Shown here piece after piece: positions 43,337-53,365 of a DNA stretch of 64,000 bases. The stretch is taken from contig JAVBOO010000022.1 of assembly GCA_031550435.1 (NCBI GenBank), forward strand, positions 5,418 to 69,417, given 5' to 3'. Made by a program: the position numbers and the translations under genes. The notes beneath the pieces are model-generated. The model was not told the origin of the DNA, did not search any database, and worked only from the letters and a program-made list of their open reading frames with translations. Source of the DNA: Eubacteriales bacterium (GTDB taxonomy: Bacteria; Bacillota; Clostridia; Lachnospirales; WRAX01). Each line of letters opens with the position of its first letter. Position 1 is the stretch's first letter.

Positions 43337-45775
43337 TTATTCGGCCTGCAAAGTATAAGCCACCGAATTCTTGTACGAAAGCGAGGTTATCTCGTTTGCC
43401 TGTATACCGTAACCGGACAAAGTATAGAATGTGTCTCCGATGTAAAGTATTCTCTGGATTGCTTTGTTGTAGTCATAACTGCCGTATTGGTCGTAATCCG
43501 AAGCGTTGAGCTGAGAAATGGTTCCTCTCTCGGAGATACCGTTTAAGCCTATATCAAATACATAAGCTCCGCTGAAGCTTTCATGAGTCTTACCGGAATA
43601 GTCCGTGTACTGATAGCTCGTAACGGGGAAGGCGAAAAACCCTTTTTCCTTTGAGAATACCATAGCCTTCGGGTTGTAAAGCAGCTCCGAGTAAGTAGAC
43701 TGGTTCCCGAACGATACAGAAGAAAGCTCTTTCGGATTCATCATGTCGCTTATGTCAAACATGGCGAGTTTTAAACCTACGTTAACCGTTCTTACGTCAA
43801 CAACATTGCCCTTGGAGTCCGTCGAAGTAACTTGATCCGTGTCCATACCGAAGCCTATAAGGTGATTTTCGTCATAGGGGTGCAGATATGTGCTGTATCC
43901 GGGTATTTTCAGTTCACCGAGCACAGTCGGACTCGAAGGATTGCTCAAGTCTATCGCGAACAGCGGGTCAACAGTTCTGTACGTTACCATAAACGCTCTG
44001 TCTCCCATGAATCTTGCAGAGTATACTCTTTCTCCGGGTGCCATTTCCTTAATACTTCCCGTTATATTCATGCTTGAATCCAGAACATAAAGCTGATTTC
44101 TGAGGTTTTCTCCCCAGCCGCCTTTTGTCGTCGCGATTCTGAAATAGCCTTCGTATTCGTCCATACTGTACTGATTGAGTACTGAACCTTCGACAACGCC
44201 CGTCGCGTTATACACTGCGTAGCCGTCACTGAGCGTGAACCTGAATATCGAAGTCGCGTCGCTAAGCTGATTCGAACCGGGCGCGATATCAATTGACGTG
44301 CGCATTATACCTATGTTGTAGGCGTAGTTGTACTTTGTCACGTACAGTGACGATTCCGACATGTAAATCTGCTGGCCCGAACCGAGTATCGAGGCAATTT
44401 GCGCATCGGCCAAGCTGTTTTTCAGGTTGATGCCGCATATCATGAGCAACGAATTGTCCTGAGCTTCCGGGAAGTACTGCATTGTAACACAGTCAATCGT
44501 CTTTTTGACCTTTCCCGATGCGGAATCATAATAGGTCGGAAGAATCTCGATGAGGTCTGTAATATTGTAGGTGTCAAGATATTGGTTTACAACAAGATAA
44601 AGCGTATCGCCGATTTTTCTGCTGTCTACAGTGCTTCCCTCGACAGAAAACTCTCTGGTTACAACCGGTTTTTCTTTGTTTGCGATGTCATAGACTATGA
44701 CCTTCGCGACACTCGTACCGTAGTACCTGTAGTCGGCAATCATTTTCGAGCTCACAGCCGGAGCCGTTGCACCGTCGGAGGCCTTAGGCTCGGTCATCGT
44801 TTCGACCGGGTCAGCGGGAACCCAGGTGTAACCTATAACAATAAGAAGATTTCCGTCAATATACATCTGACTCGGATAAAAACCGTTTGCCTCGTTTGAA
44901 TAGCTTATAGTGGAAACTGTTTTCATTGAATCCGCCGGATATGCCTTTACTATATTAATAGCAGGTATATTAAAATTAAGGTGATAGATATATTGTCCGT
45001 CGGTTTTTACAACGTCCGCTTCGTCAACTCCCGCAACCTGAACGTTCGTCTGAGAATAATCATCCGCTCCTCTTGCGGCATCTGCCGCCGGAGCCATTTC
45101 CATTGCCGTTTGGTTCTCGGACATTGTCATCTTTTCGCCCTTATAAACGCCGTTATTCGTTATACTCAGCTTAGCGAGTATGTCCTTAAGGTTCGCAGCC
45201 GAGCCTACTGCGGGAAGGCCGCTTAGTGCGGCAATACCTTCGTTTATCAGCGCGGCATCCGTCTTGACGTTATAGGTTCTTTCTTTGTCAAGGATAATGA
45301 GTCCTCTGTCATAAGTAACATTGAGACCCATGGCCTTCGCGACATACGATATGGGAACGAGCGTGCGTCCGTTCTTCGATATCGACGCCGCGTCCATTGT
45401 AACGTTTTTGCCGTTTTGTTTCATAATCTTTGAGCCGAGAACAAATTGCAGAGTTAGACTGTCTTTTTCCAGTGTGGCCGTCTTTGTTGCGTCCGCCCAG
45501 CTTACGTCAAAGCCCAATGCGTTAGCCACAAAACTTAGCGGCATCATCGTTCTGGAATTTTCTATGAACGGTACAACCGCAGCATTTGAATCTATCTGTT
45601 TCGCGGCTCCGTATACAAGCGCTTTGGGGCTGCCAACGAGCAGCACGACCGCGTTTCCTAAGCCGGCTGTTGCCCCGTCGTCGGCAAGAGCGCTGCTCGG
45701 CGACATAGCGAGTGATGTTACACTCACAATCATAGCCAGTGTAACGGCCGCTAATAACGAGATTTTCTTTTTCAT
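43337..45775 (-). CDS. Secreted beta-propeller-domain protein with N-terminal copper-amine-oxidase-N-like repeats
   Basis: Signal peptide (AVTLAMIVSVTSLAMSPSSALA). Two stalk repeats (MMPLSFVANALGFDVSW, LVPISYVAKAMGLNVTY). C-terminal blocks TNVQVAGVDEADVVKTDGQYIY and RFMGDRAFMVTYRTVDPLFAIDLSNP are typical of the secreted Beta_propel family (from memory). Confidence 0.8.
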   Translation of the reverse strand: MKKKISLLAAVTLAMIVSVTSLAMSPSSALADDGATAGLGNAVVLLVGSPKALVYGAAKQIDSNAAVVPFIENSRTMMPLSFVANALGFDVSWADATKTATLEKDSLTLQFVLGSKIMKQNGKNVTMDAASISKNGRTLVPISYVAKAMGLNVTYDRGLIILDKERTYNVKTDAALINEGIAALSGLPAVGSAANLKDILAKLSITNNGVYKGEKMTMSENQTAMEMAPAADAARGADDYSQTNVQVAGVDEADVVKTDGQYIYHLNFNIPAINIVKAYPADSMKTVSTISYSNEANGFYPSQMYIDGNLLIVIGYTWVPADPVETMTEPKASDGATAPAVSSKMIADYRYYGTSVAKVIVYDIANKEKPVVTREFSVEGSTVDSRKIGDTLYLVVNQYLDTYNITDLIEILPTYYDSASGKVKKTIDCVTMQYFPEAQDNSLLMICGINLKNSLADAQIASILGSGQQIYMSESSLYVTKYNYAYNIGIMRTSIDIAPGSNQLSDATSIFRFTLSDGYAVYNATGVVEGSVLNQYSMDEYEGYFRIATTKGGWGENLRNQLYVLDSSMNITGSIKEMAPGERVYSARFMGDRAFMVTYRTVDPLFAIDLSNPSSPTVLGELKIPGYSTYLHPYDENHLIGFGMDTDQVTSTDSKGNVVDVRTVNVGLKLAMFDISDMMNPKELSSVSFGNQSTYSELLYNPKAMVFSKEKGFFAFPVTSYQYTDYSGKTHESFSGAYVFDIGLNGISERGTISQLNASDYDQYGSYDYNKAIQRILYIGDTFYTLSGYGIQANEITSLSYKNSVAYTLQAE

Positions 45776-45867
45776 TTTGCATACCTCCGATTATTTCTTT
45801 TGCTTTATAAACGGCAAAGGGTACAATTTGTTCCCTGCGGAAATTCCGGAAATTATCGACGTATCGG

Positions 45868-47373
45868 TTAATTCAACCCGTAAACCTTTGTGTACTTATC
45901 TTCGAGATATTTGACGTAGTAATCCGCGTTCAGTTTCTCGCCCGATATTGCTGTAATAATCTCGTCGGGAGTTTTCAGAGAGCCGTATTGATGGATCTTC
46001 TCTTTCAGCCAATCTTTAATCGGGCCGAAATCCCCCTTGCGGACAAGACCCAAAACGTCCAAGTCCTTTTGCATAAAACTGTAAATCTGTGCGGCATACG
46101 CGTTTCCGAGCGAATATGACGGGAAGTAGCCTATCATACCGCCGCTCCAGTGAACATCCTGGAGTATGCCTTCGGCATCGGAGCCGGGTGTTATTCCTAG
46201 ATATTCCTCATACTTTTTGTTCCAAAGCACCGGAAGTTCGTCTATATTATACTCCCCGGATATAAGCATTTTCTCTATTTCATATCTGATCATTATATGA
46301 AGAGAATAGGTCAGCTCATCGGCCTCGGTACGTATAAGAGAAGGCTCGGCGACGTTTACCGCGCTACAGAACATCTCGGGTGTTATATCTCTGAAATCGT
46401 CCCCAAGTATCTCCATGAGCTCGTCATAGATATTCTGCCAGAACTCGAGGCTTCTTCCTATTATATTCTCAAAAAATCTCGATTGCGATTCATGAATGCC
46501 CATCGAAACCCCGGAATCGAGCATAGTTCCGGCTATATCGTCCCGTTTGCTCTGCTCGTACAGCGAATGCCCGTATTCATGCAAAACGCTGAAGAACGAC
46601 GAGAGAAACATGTTTTCGCGATAGTGCGTAGTTATTCTTACATCGTCTCTCGTAAAATTCATTGTAAAAGGGTGCGCGCTCTCTTTAAGCATGCCCCTGT
46701 TATAATCAAAGCCCACTTTCCGAAGAAGCAGCTCTGATATTTTTTGCTGTTTTTCTTTAGAAACATAACGAGTCGTAAAGCTTGTGTCAGGTTTTTTGCC
46801 CTCGGTTTGAATCCGTTTCAAAAGGGGAACGATAGTCTGCTTCATTTTTGAGAAAAAAACATCGAGCTGCTCGACAGTCAAACCTTCTTCATAATCATCG
46901 AGCAGGCAGTTATAAGGATGAACCTTGTAGCCTCTATAACCTATAAATTTTATACCGTACTTTATTATTTTATCAAGCGTCTCTTTGAAAAACGAAAAAT
47001 CGTTGTTTTCCTTCGCTTCTTCCCATATGTTCTGTGAGTTCGAAGTCAGCTCGCTGTAGGCCATAAACTCCGCGACCGGTATGGATCTGTACGAGTGATA
47101 TGCCTTTTTGCAGTACTTGAGCATAACGCTTGTAATTTCGTCAAGCTCCGATGCATGGGCTTCAAGCTCGTCGATATACCCCTTCATTTCATCCGAAATC
47201 GATAAGGAAAAAGCTTCACCGGCCAAAACGCTCATAATCACCGCCCTGGCACGGTTTCCGCCCTTCGGCGCTCCCGTTGCCATGTCCCAGCTGAACATAC
47301 CGCAAGCCATGTTAAGCGCAACAAATTTGTCGGTATATTTCTTAAATTCCGCTATTGTGTTTTCAATACTCAT
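45868..47373 (-). CDS. Carboxypeptidase M32 (Taq-type metallocarboxypeptidase)
   Basis: HEYGHSLYE zinc motif, IHESQSRFFE and HWSGG blocks. AGGAGGG RBS. Confidence 0.88.
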   Translation of the reverse strand: MSIENTIAEFKKYTDKFVALNMACGMFSWDMATGAPKGGNRARAVIMSVLAGEAFSLSISDEMKGYIDELEAHASELDEITSVMLKYCKKAYHSYRSIPVAEFMAYSELTSNSQNIWEEAKENNDFSFFKETLDKIIKYGIKFIGYRGYKVHPYNCLLDDYEEGLTVEQLDVFFSKMKQTIVPLLKRIQTEGKKPDTSFTTRYVSKEKQQKISELLLRKVGFDYNRGMLKESAHPFTMNFTRDDVRITTHYRENMFLSSFFSVLHEYGHSLYEQSKRDDIAGTMLDSGVSMGIHESQSRFFENIIGRSLEFWQNIYDELMEILGDDFRDITPEMFCSAVNVAEPSLIRTEADELTYSLHIMIRYEIEKMLISGEYNIDELPVLWNKKYEEYLGITPGSDAEGILQDVHWSGGMIGYFPSYSLGNAYAAQIYSFMQKDLDVLGLVRKGDFGPIKDWLKEKIHQYGSLKTPDEIITAISGEKLNADYYVKYLEDKYTKVYGLN

Positions 47374-47400
47374 ATTACCCTCCTAAATTGTATATTAAGT

Positions 47401-47610
47401 GGTATAAAACCCGAACTTTTCGGAGCGTATGCGCAGAAAAGCTTGACGCCTTATCCGCACAAAGACCGCAAAGCGGGCGTTGCGGATTCAGCGGCAAGGG
47501 GTTTTGTACCCGAACAACCGAGTGGTACAAAACCAAACTTTTCGAAACGTATGCACAGAAAAGCTTGCTGCCTTATCCGCGCAAAGACCGTAAAAGCGTT
47601 GACCGGGCTT
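47401..47610 (+). repeat. Two tandem module G copies (relatives of module F sharing its core)
   Basis: GGTATAAAACCCGAACTTTTCGGAGCGTATGCGCAGAAAAGCTTGACGCCTTATCCGCACAAAGACCGCAAAGCG begins at 47401 and a diverged copy begins at 47524. Copy 1 closes with GGGGTTTTGTACC. Confidence 0.85.
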
Positions 47611-47717
47611 GCGCGCTAACTCTGCGAACGGTTTATGTTCGATACCGCAAAGAAAGTCTTAAAATTGCTGCTATTGCCGCCATCTTTTGGACTATCTTAT
47701 CATCGGCTTTCATTAAT

Positions 47718-47875
47718 ATTACTTCGGCATCAAAATATAGGAAAACGCTATATTTTGCTGTTCCCCGGCTTAGACGCAGATTCTCCGTATTGTAGCGCCG
47801 CGGCGTATCTGAGCGCGCCTGCAAGACCCAAGTAACCGCGTAGTATTCTATACGGTATTTAACTTCCTCGGTAAT
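47718..47875 (-). repeat. Complete A-C-B element (reverse orientation)
   Basis: ATTACTTCGGCATCAAAATATAGgaaaacgCTATATTTTGCTG...TTAGACGCAGA...AAGTAACCGCGTAGTATTCTATACGGTATTTAACTTCCTCGGTAAT. Confidence 0.9.
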
Positions 47876-48013
47876 AACAATAACTTGAAAGGCTACCGGC
47901 TTATAGTCGGCAGCCTTTCTAACAAGAAATAAACTTCAGTCGTACCGTTAATGCAAACCCATGGGTAAACACGAAAATCGTGTGCTCCGGTGTTAGACCT
48001 GCGATACAAGAAC

Positions 48014-48358
48014 TGGAGGTGGGGGGAATTGAACCCCCGTCCGAAAACTCTCCGGCAAGAACTTCTTCCATCATAGCCGTTTTTTTAATTTTCCCTCACC
48101 CTAGCGCAAAACGGCAAGCGCTAGGGTTTGGTAGCTTCATAAATTCTCTCGCTTAGGCAAAGCTTAGTAAGCAAGGTTCCCTACCTGTCGACGCCGGATT
48201 CTTACGCAGTAGGCTACGTAAGGCCGACGGCTGCTTTAATTAAGCAGCAAAAGCTAATTTATTGTTGTCGTTTATTAGACAATTTTGGGTTTTAACGCAG
48301 TCCCGCTGCGGATGGCTATCCCTGCTTTCATAATCCCCGTCGAAACCATTGCACCCCC
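48014..48358 (-). ncRNA. ssrA: tmRNA (transfer-messenger RNA)
   Basis: 5' GGGGGUGCAAUGGUUUCGACGGGG and 3' GGACGGGGGUUCAAUUCCCCCCACCUCCA (CCA not encoded). The internal tag frame reads AAC GAC AAC AAU AAA UUA GCU UUU GCU GCU UAA. Sits directly downstream of smpB. A TGgTATAAT promoter is at 48423-48431 on the minus strand. Confidence 0.93.
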
Positions 48359-48534
48359 GTGTTAAAATACAGTAGCGATATCACCAAGAAATGAAAACTT
48401 TTCTGTGAGAATACGCAGACCGATTATACCATAACGGTTTATAAATAACAATTGCACTTTGTTTACAAATCAGCATCAAAATCGCTTAAAAAGAAATAAA
48501 AGTAAAATATGGAAGATAATTAACACGCTCTTCC

Positions 48535-49008
48535 CTAGAGCTTTAACTTTCCCTTAAATTCTTTCTCCGTTTCTCGCCTTACGTCTCGTTTCGCAATCTC
48601 GTGCCGCTTGTCATACAACTTTTTGCCCTTTGCTACACCAATGTCGATTTTCACATAGCTGCCCTGAAAGTATATGCGCGTCGGAACTACCGTATAGCCG
48701 TCTCTCGTAACCGCGCCGATCAGCTTGTTAATCTCGCTTCTGTGGAGCAGAAGCCTGCGGGGGCGAAGCGGATCTTTGTTGAAAATATTACCCTGCTCGT
48801 AAGGACTGATATGAAAGTTTAATATAAAAGCTTCTCTGCTCTTAAAGTCTACATAGCTGTCCTTTAAATTGCATTTTCCCTGTCTGAGAGATTTTACTTC
48901 AGTCCCGGAAAGCGAAATTCCCGCCTGGTATGTTTCTTCAATGAAATAATCGTGGTAGGCCTTTTTGTTTTGGGAAATTAGCTTAAACGAATCTTTGTCT
49001 ACAGGCAT
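48535..49008 (-). CDS. smpB: SsrA-binding protein
   Basis: [29 protein letters not shown], with a basic C-terminal tail. Confidence 0.92.
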   Translation of the reverse strand: MPVDKDSFKLISQNKKAYHDYFIEETYQAGISLSGTEVKSLRQGKCNLKDSYVDFKSREAFILNFHISPYEQGNIFNKDPLRPRRLLLHRSEINKLIGAVTRDGYTVVPTRIYFQGSYVKIDIGVAKGKKLYDKRHEIAKRDVRRETEKEFKGKLKL

Positions 49009-49035
49009 AGAAACCTCCTTCCCCGTAAAAAACGT

Positions 49036-50469
49036 CTACAGCCTTTTATATAAATCAATGTACTCCTCTGCGGAGCGCTTCCAAGAAAAATCAGCTGTCA
49101 TAGCGTTGTGAATCGCTTTTTTCATCAGGTTTTTATCGGCGTAAACACTGAGAGCCTCGTTAACGGCCCACATTAGCCCGCTCAAAAGATAATGCTCGAA
49201 ACAAAAACCGTTTCCCGTTTCCAAGCTGTCCTTGTCGAAATGCACGACGGTGTCCGAAAGACCACCGGTTTTTCTTACTATAGGAAGCGTACCGTAGCTC
49301 ATGGCAATAAGCTGGCCGAGCCCGCACGGTTCAAACAGCGAAGGCATCAAGAAGAAATCACTGCCCGCATAAATTTTCTGCGCGAGCGCTTCATCAAACA
49401 TTATGTTAACGGAAAGCTTATCCGGGTATCTTTGCTTCAAACTGCTGAACAGATGCTCATACTTTCCGTCTCCGGTTCCAAGTACGGTAAGCTGCACATC
49501 TTTATCCATAAACTCGCTCATAATACCTGAGACCAAATCCAAGCCCTTTTGGTCTACAAGCCTCGAAACTATCGCGAATAACGGAACGTCGTCTCTGACC
49601 GGGAGACCGAGCTCATCTTGCAATTTTGCCTTGTTAAGTGATTTATTTTCGGCGTTTTCGGCATTGTAGTTTTCATAAATATGTTTATCCGTCTCGGGAT
49701 TATAAACAGTCGTATCAATGCCGTTTGTAATGCCGTACAAACTGTCCGCCCTGAGGCACAGCATACCCTCCAAACCGTAACCGAACGATTGGGTCTGGAT
49801 TTCATTCGCATAGGTACGGCTGACCGTATTGATAGCGTCGGAATACATGATTCCGGCTTTCATAAAGCTCCAGCCGCCTCTGAACTCAAGCTTATCCATG
49901 TTTCCGTAACCACGGTCCAAATCCGCGTTACCGAGCATATCTATTCCGAAATACCCTTGGTATTGCAGATTGTGTATCGTGTACAGCGTTTTGATGCCCG
50001 TAAAAAATAAAAATTTGTTGTAAAAATCCTTGAGATACAGAGGGACCAGACCTGTTTGCCAATCGTTGCAATGTATAACATCGGGCTTAAAATCAATAAG
50101 CCCGCACAACTCTATGCAAGCCTTCGAAAAAAACGCAAACCGCTCGACATCGTCGCCGTATCCGTACAATCCGTCTCTGCCGAAATAGTATTCATTCTGT
50201 ATAAAATAAGTCGGTACAGGGGAGTCAGTCTTGAATACGGAAGCACTTTGTTGTCTCCATCCCAAACTGATATCATAGCTTCCGACATATTCCTGATTTG
50301 TAATAAATTGTTCTTTGATCTTCTTGTATTTCGGAAGCACAACTCGAACATCGACGCCGTTCTTGAGCAGTTCCTTCGGAAGAGCTCCGGCGACGTCGCC
50401 CAGCCCTCCGCTCTTAGCAAACGGTGAAACTTCCGAGGACACCAATAAAACCTTTAACGATTTGTCCAT
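49036..50469 (-). CDS. glgA: Glycogen synthase (ADP-glucose type)
   Basis: LLVSSEVSPFAKSGGLGDVAGALPKEL, and the C-terminal PSLFEPCGL block. Confidence 0.9.
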   Translation of the reverse strand: MDKSLKVLLVSSEVSPFAKSGGLGDVAGALPKELLKNGVDVRVVLPKYKKIKEQFITNQEYVGSYDISLGWRQQSASVFKTDSPVPTYFIQNEYYFGRDGLYGYGDDVERFAFFSKACIELCGLIDFKPDVIHCNDWQTGLVPLYLKDFYNKFLFFTGIKTLYTIHNLQYQGYFGIDMLGNADLDRGYGNMDKLEFRGGWSFMKAGIMYSDAINTVSRTYANEIQTQSFGYGLEGMLCLRADSLYGITNGIDTTVYNPETDKHIYENYNAENAENKSLNKAKLQDELGLPVRDDVPLFAIVSRLVDQKGLDLVSGIMSEFMDKDVQLTVLGTGDGKYEHLFSSLKQRYPDKLSVNIMFDEALAQKIYAGSDFFLMPSLFEPCGLGQLIAMSYGTLPIVRKTGGLSDTVVHFDKDSLETGNGFCFEHYLLSGLMWAVNEALSVYADKNLMKKAIHNAMTADFSWKRSAEEYIDLYKRL

Positions 50470-50539
50470 AAGATAACCACCTCGCGATTATTCCCCTCAA
50501 ACAGCCGAAAAGCTCGTTTGTCGCTATGCTTCCGGTCTG

Positions 50540-50977
50540 CTACTGCTGATTTTCATTTTTCTCGGCTGTCTCGCTTTTGGAAACGACTTCTTTTTCTTTG
50601 GACAGCTTTATGTAGTAGTTTTCGAGTGTCTTAAGCCTGTTCTTTAGCAAGCGGAAATCTTCCTCGTTGGCCTTAACAATATATTTTTCAACCAGTGAGT
50701 TATAGTCCTTCTTAAAACCATCAATCAAAGTGTTTTGTTCGGAAATGCTTGCTTTAATATCCTCAAGATAGCTGTGAGAGTTCGCGACTATCTCCTCTGC
50801 ATGCTCCTTCGCTTCGTTCACAATGTTGTCGGCGGCGACCTGTGCGGAAAGTATAGCGTTTTTAATAGATTTGTCCTTCTCTTTATAACTTCTTATAACG
50901 TTTTCGAGCGTCTCGATATAAGCATCGACTTCCGACGGCTCATAGCCTCGTTTGACAAGGTTGAATTTCGCTGCCAT
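50540..50977 (-). CDS. DivIVA-domain protein
   Basis: FNLVKRGYEPSEVDAYIETL followed by a coiled coil. Confidence 0.75.
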   Translation of the reverse strand: MAAKFNLVKRGYEPSEVDAYIETLENVIRSYKEKDKSIKNAILSAQVAADNIVNEAKEHAEEIVANSHSYLEDIKASISEQNTLIDGFKKDYNSLVEKYIVKANEEDFRLLKNRLKTLENYYIKLSKEKEVVSKSETAEKNENQQ

Positions 50978-51215
50978 TATTTTCCTCCGTACTTATTTTA
51001 TTGGATTGCCGGGCGAATAAATCGTTAAGACCCAGACGCAAGGCTTATTAAGTTCACAAAAACTGTTGTTATTCGCGAATTTCGCACTTTTCACCGCTGC
51101 GGTTTTAGTATATAATCTTCATAAAAATAGTCTTCATAATATAATAACATAAATAAAATAGGCTTGTAAACAATTTTTAAAAGCTGTTTGCAAGAGCTAA
51201 AAACGGGGCAGGAGC

Positions 51216-51689
51216 ATGGAACACGAATATTTTATGGATGACGCCATAGCCTTGGCGAAACAGGCGGCCGAGCTTGGCGAAGTGCCGATAGGCTGCGTTA
51301 TAGTGTACGAAGGAAGCATAATCGGAAAAGGCTACAACCTCCGCAACACAAAGAAAAACGCGCTCTATCATGCCGAGATTTCGGCGATAAACGAAGCCTC
51401 GTCTTTCATGAACGACTGGCGGCTTGAAAACTGTACAATATATGTTACGCTGGAGCCCTGCCCGATGTGCGCGGGCGCGATAGTAACTTCCAGAATCAAA
51501 ACGGCGGTATTCGGCGCGAGAAACCCAAAGGCCGGAAGCTGCGGAAGCATACTGAACATATTGCATACAGATAAATTTAACCACCAAGTCGAAATAATCG
51601 AGGGCATACGCAAAGATGAATGCTCGGAGCTGATGAGCGAGTTTTTCAGGAAACTGAGAGCCGAGAAGAGCAAACAAGCTCTTGAATAA
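51216..51689 (+). CDS. tadA: tRNA adenosine(34) deaminase
   Basis: HAEISAINEA and TLEPCPMCAGA zinc motifs. Confidence 0.9.
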   Translation: MEHEYFMDDAIALAKQAAELGEVPIGCVIVYEGSIIGKGYNLRNTKKNALYHAEISAINEASSFMNDWRLENCTIYVTLEPCPMCAGAIVTSRIKTAVFGARNPKAGSCGSILNILHTDKFNHQVEIIEGIRKDECSELMSEFFRKLRAEKSKQALE

Positions 51690-51765
51690 TCTCTTTTGCC
51701 GCCGCTCTTATTTTCGGGCCAACCGTTTCATTTAATCAGCGCTTACCCAAAGATTTAATTCGGAA

Positions 51766-53139
51766 TTATTTCCCCAGACAAAACTCACCGAATATCCTGT
51801 CGCAGATATCTTCATCAATCGAGTTTCCCGTTATTTCCCCGAGACTCCTGTATGCATCCTCGAGGTCTATAACCGCAAGGTCGGATCCCATTCCGCGATT
51901 TAACGTCTCGAGAGCCGATTTCAGGCTATTTTCGGCCTTTATCAATGCCGCCTTATGCCTTCTGTTGTAAATATATTTTGGATTATCGTCAATTTCTCCG
52001 CCTAATATAACCTTTGTTATCGCTTTGTCAAGAATATTTAGTCCGAAGCCCGTTTCCGCCGATATGCGGATTATTTCCGCCTGTCCCGAGTGCGCCGTAA
52101 CTTCGTCATCATCGAGCTCGGCCGGCTTATCGCTCTTGTTTACTATTACGACAGCCTTTTTACCTGTGGCAAAGTTAAGCACTTCTATGTCTTCTTTGCT
52201 CAGTTTTTCGGAGCCGTCTAGCACAATGAGTAAAAGACCTGCTTGCTTTGCCGCGTTTATACTTCTTTCTACGCCCATACTTTCAACCCTGTCACTGACA
52301 GCCCTTATTCCGGCCGTATCGGAAAGTCTGAGTGTCAGACCGGAAGCAAGCCTCATATATTCTCTTACGACATCTCTCGTCGTACCGGCGATATCGGTCA
52401 CTATCGACCGGTCACAGCGCAGCAAGGCGTTCATAAGAGAGGACTTGCCGACATTCGGGCGGCCGAGTATAACGGTATCCACACCCTCTTTTATGATTTC
52501 GCCCTTATCCGCGCTTCCTATGAGTTTTGAGGTTTCGTCAAGCATTGAGCTTATCAATGCTTTCAGCCCGTCCTCGGTTTCCTGCTCTATATCGTTTTCG
52601 GGATAGTCTATGGCCGCATCTATCGATGCGAAACAACGCATAAGCTTGTCCCTCAGAGCCGAAATTTCACCGTATACAAAGCCTGACAGCTGGTTGAGAG
52701 CCATTTTTCGCGCAAGCTCGCTCTCTGCATTTATGATGTCGCATACAGCCTCTGCCTTCGAAAGGTCTATCCTTCCGTTCAAAAAAGCCCGCTTTGTAAA
52801 TTCGCCGTTTTCGGCAAGCCTGGCTCCGTTTTTCAAAAGTAGCTCCAGCACTCTTTGAACGGAGACCGTTCCCCCGTGACAGCCTATTTCCGCAACATCT
52901 TCTCTAGTGTATGAGCGCGGAGCAAGCATGAGAGTAACGACAGCTTCGTCTTCAATAGCTTCAGACACTATAAAACCGTAGAAAACCCTGTGTGTTTCCG
53001 GCTTGTCCGAAAACTCGCGACAGCGAAACACTTTTCTGAGAACGGACAATGTACCCTCCCCGCTCATTCTTATAACACCCAGCGCCCCGCCGGGGGCGGT
53101 TGCAATGGCGCAAATAGTATCGGAAATATTTACTTTCAT
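51766..53139 (-). CDS. mnmE: tRNA modification GTPase MnmE
   Basis: GRPNVGKSSLMNAL, DTAGIR, NKSD, and the C-terminal FCLGK. Confidence 0.92.
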   Translation of the reverse strand: MKVNISDTICAIATAPGGALGVIRMSGEGTLSVLRKVFRCREFSDKPETHRVFYGFIVSEAIEDEAVVTLMLAPRSYTREDVAEIGCHGGTVSVQRVLELLLKNGARLAENGEFTKRAFLNGRIDLSKAEAVCDIINAESELARKMALNQLSGFVYGEISALRDKLMRCFASIDAAIDYPENDIEQETEDGLKALISSMLDETSKLIGSADKGEIIKEGVDTVILGRPNVGKSSLMNALLRCDRSIVTDIAGTTRDVVREYMRLASGLTLRLSDTAGIRAVSDRVESMGVERSINAAKQAGLLLIVLDGSEKLSKEDIEVLNFATGKKAVVIVNKSDKPAELDDDEVTAHSGQAEIIRISAETGFGLNILDKAITKVILGGEIDDNPKYIYNRRHKAALIKAENSLKSALETLNRGMGSDLAVIDLEDAYRSLGEITGNSIDEDICDRIFGEFCLGK

Positions 53140-53310
53140 AAAGCACCTGCCGAAGTAATGTAGTTTTTTACGTAAACACTGATTAATTCACTATGGACGG
53201 AAACACGCTTTCAACTTTATCCACCGCATTCAGTTATTAAAGATCGTTTAATTCGAATTCACTTATATAGTCGTTTAAGTCAAAAACGGTCTTAATTCAC
53301 TATATAATGC

Positions 53311-53350
53311 AAAAAGCTGCCTTGCTATGTCAAGCAAGACAGCGGTTTTT
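53311..53350. terminator. Terminator hairpin downstream of ispH-S1
   Basis: GCTGCCTTGCT-atgtca-AGCAAGACAGC flanked by AAAAA and TTTTTT. Confidence 0.7.
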
Positions 53351-53365
53351 TATTTCGTTTAATTA

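Noticed and set aside
47355-47835. 146-aa and 63- to 66-aa ORFs between the M32 carboxypeptidase gene and ssrA
   Set aside because: They lie entirely within module G and A-C-B repeat copies. They have repeat-derived peptides and no translation signals.
53183-53303. Possible replication-origin signals upstream of mnmE: TTAATTCACTAT at 53183 and 53292, a variant at about 53248, and a near-consensus DnaA box TTATCCACC at 53217-53225
   Set aside because: There is only one DnaA-box-like site, no dnaA/dnaN/rpmH context and no obvious AT-rich unwinding element. The signals are more likely promoter or regulator sites for mnmE.
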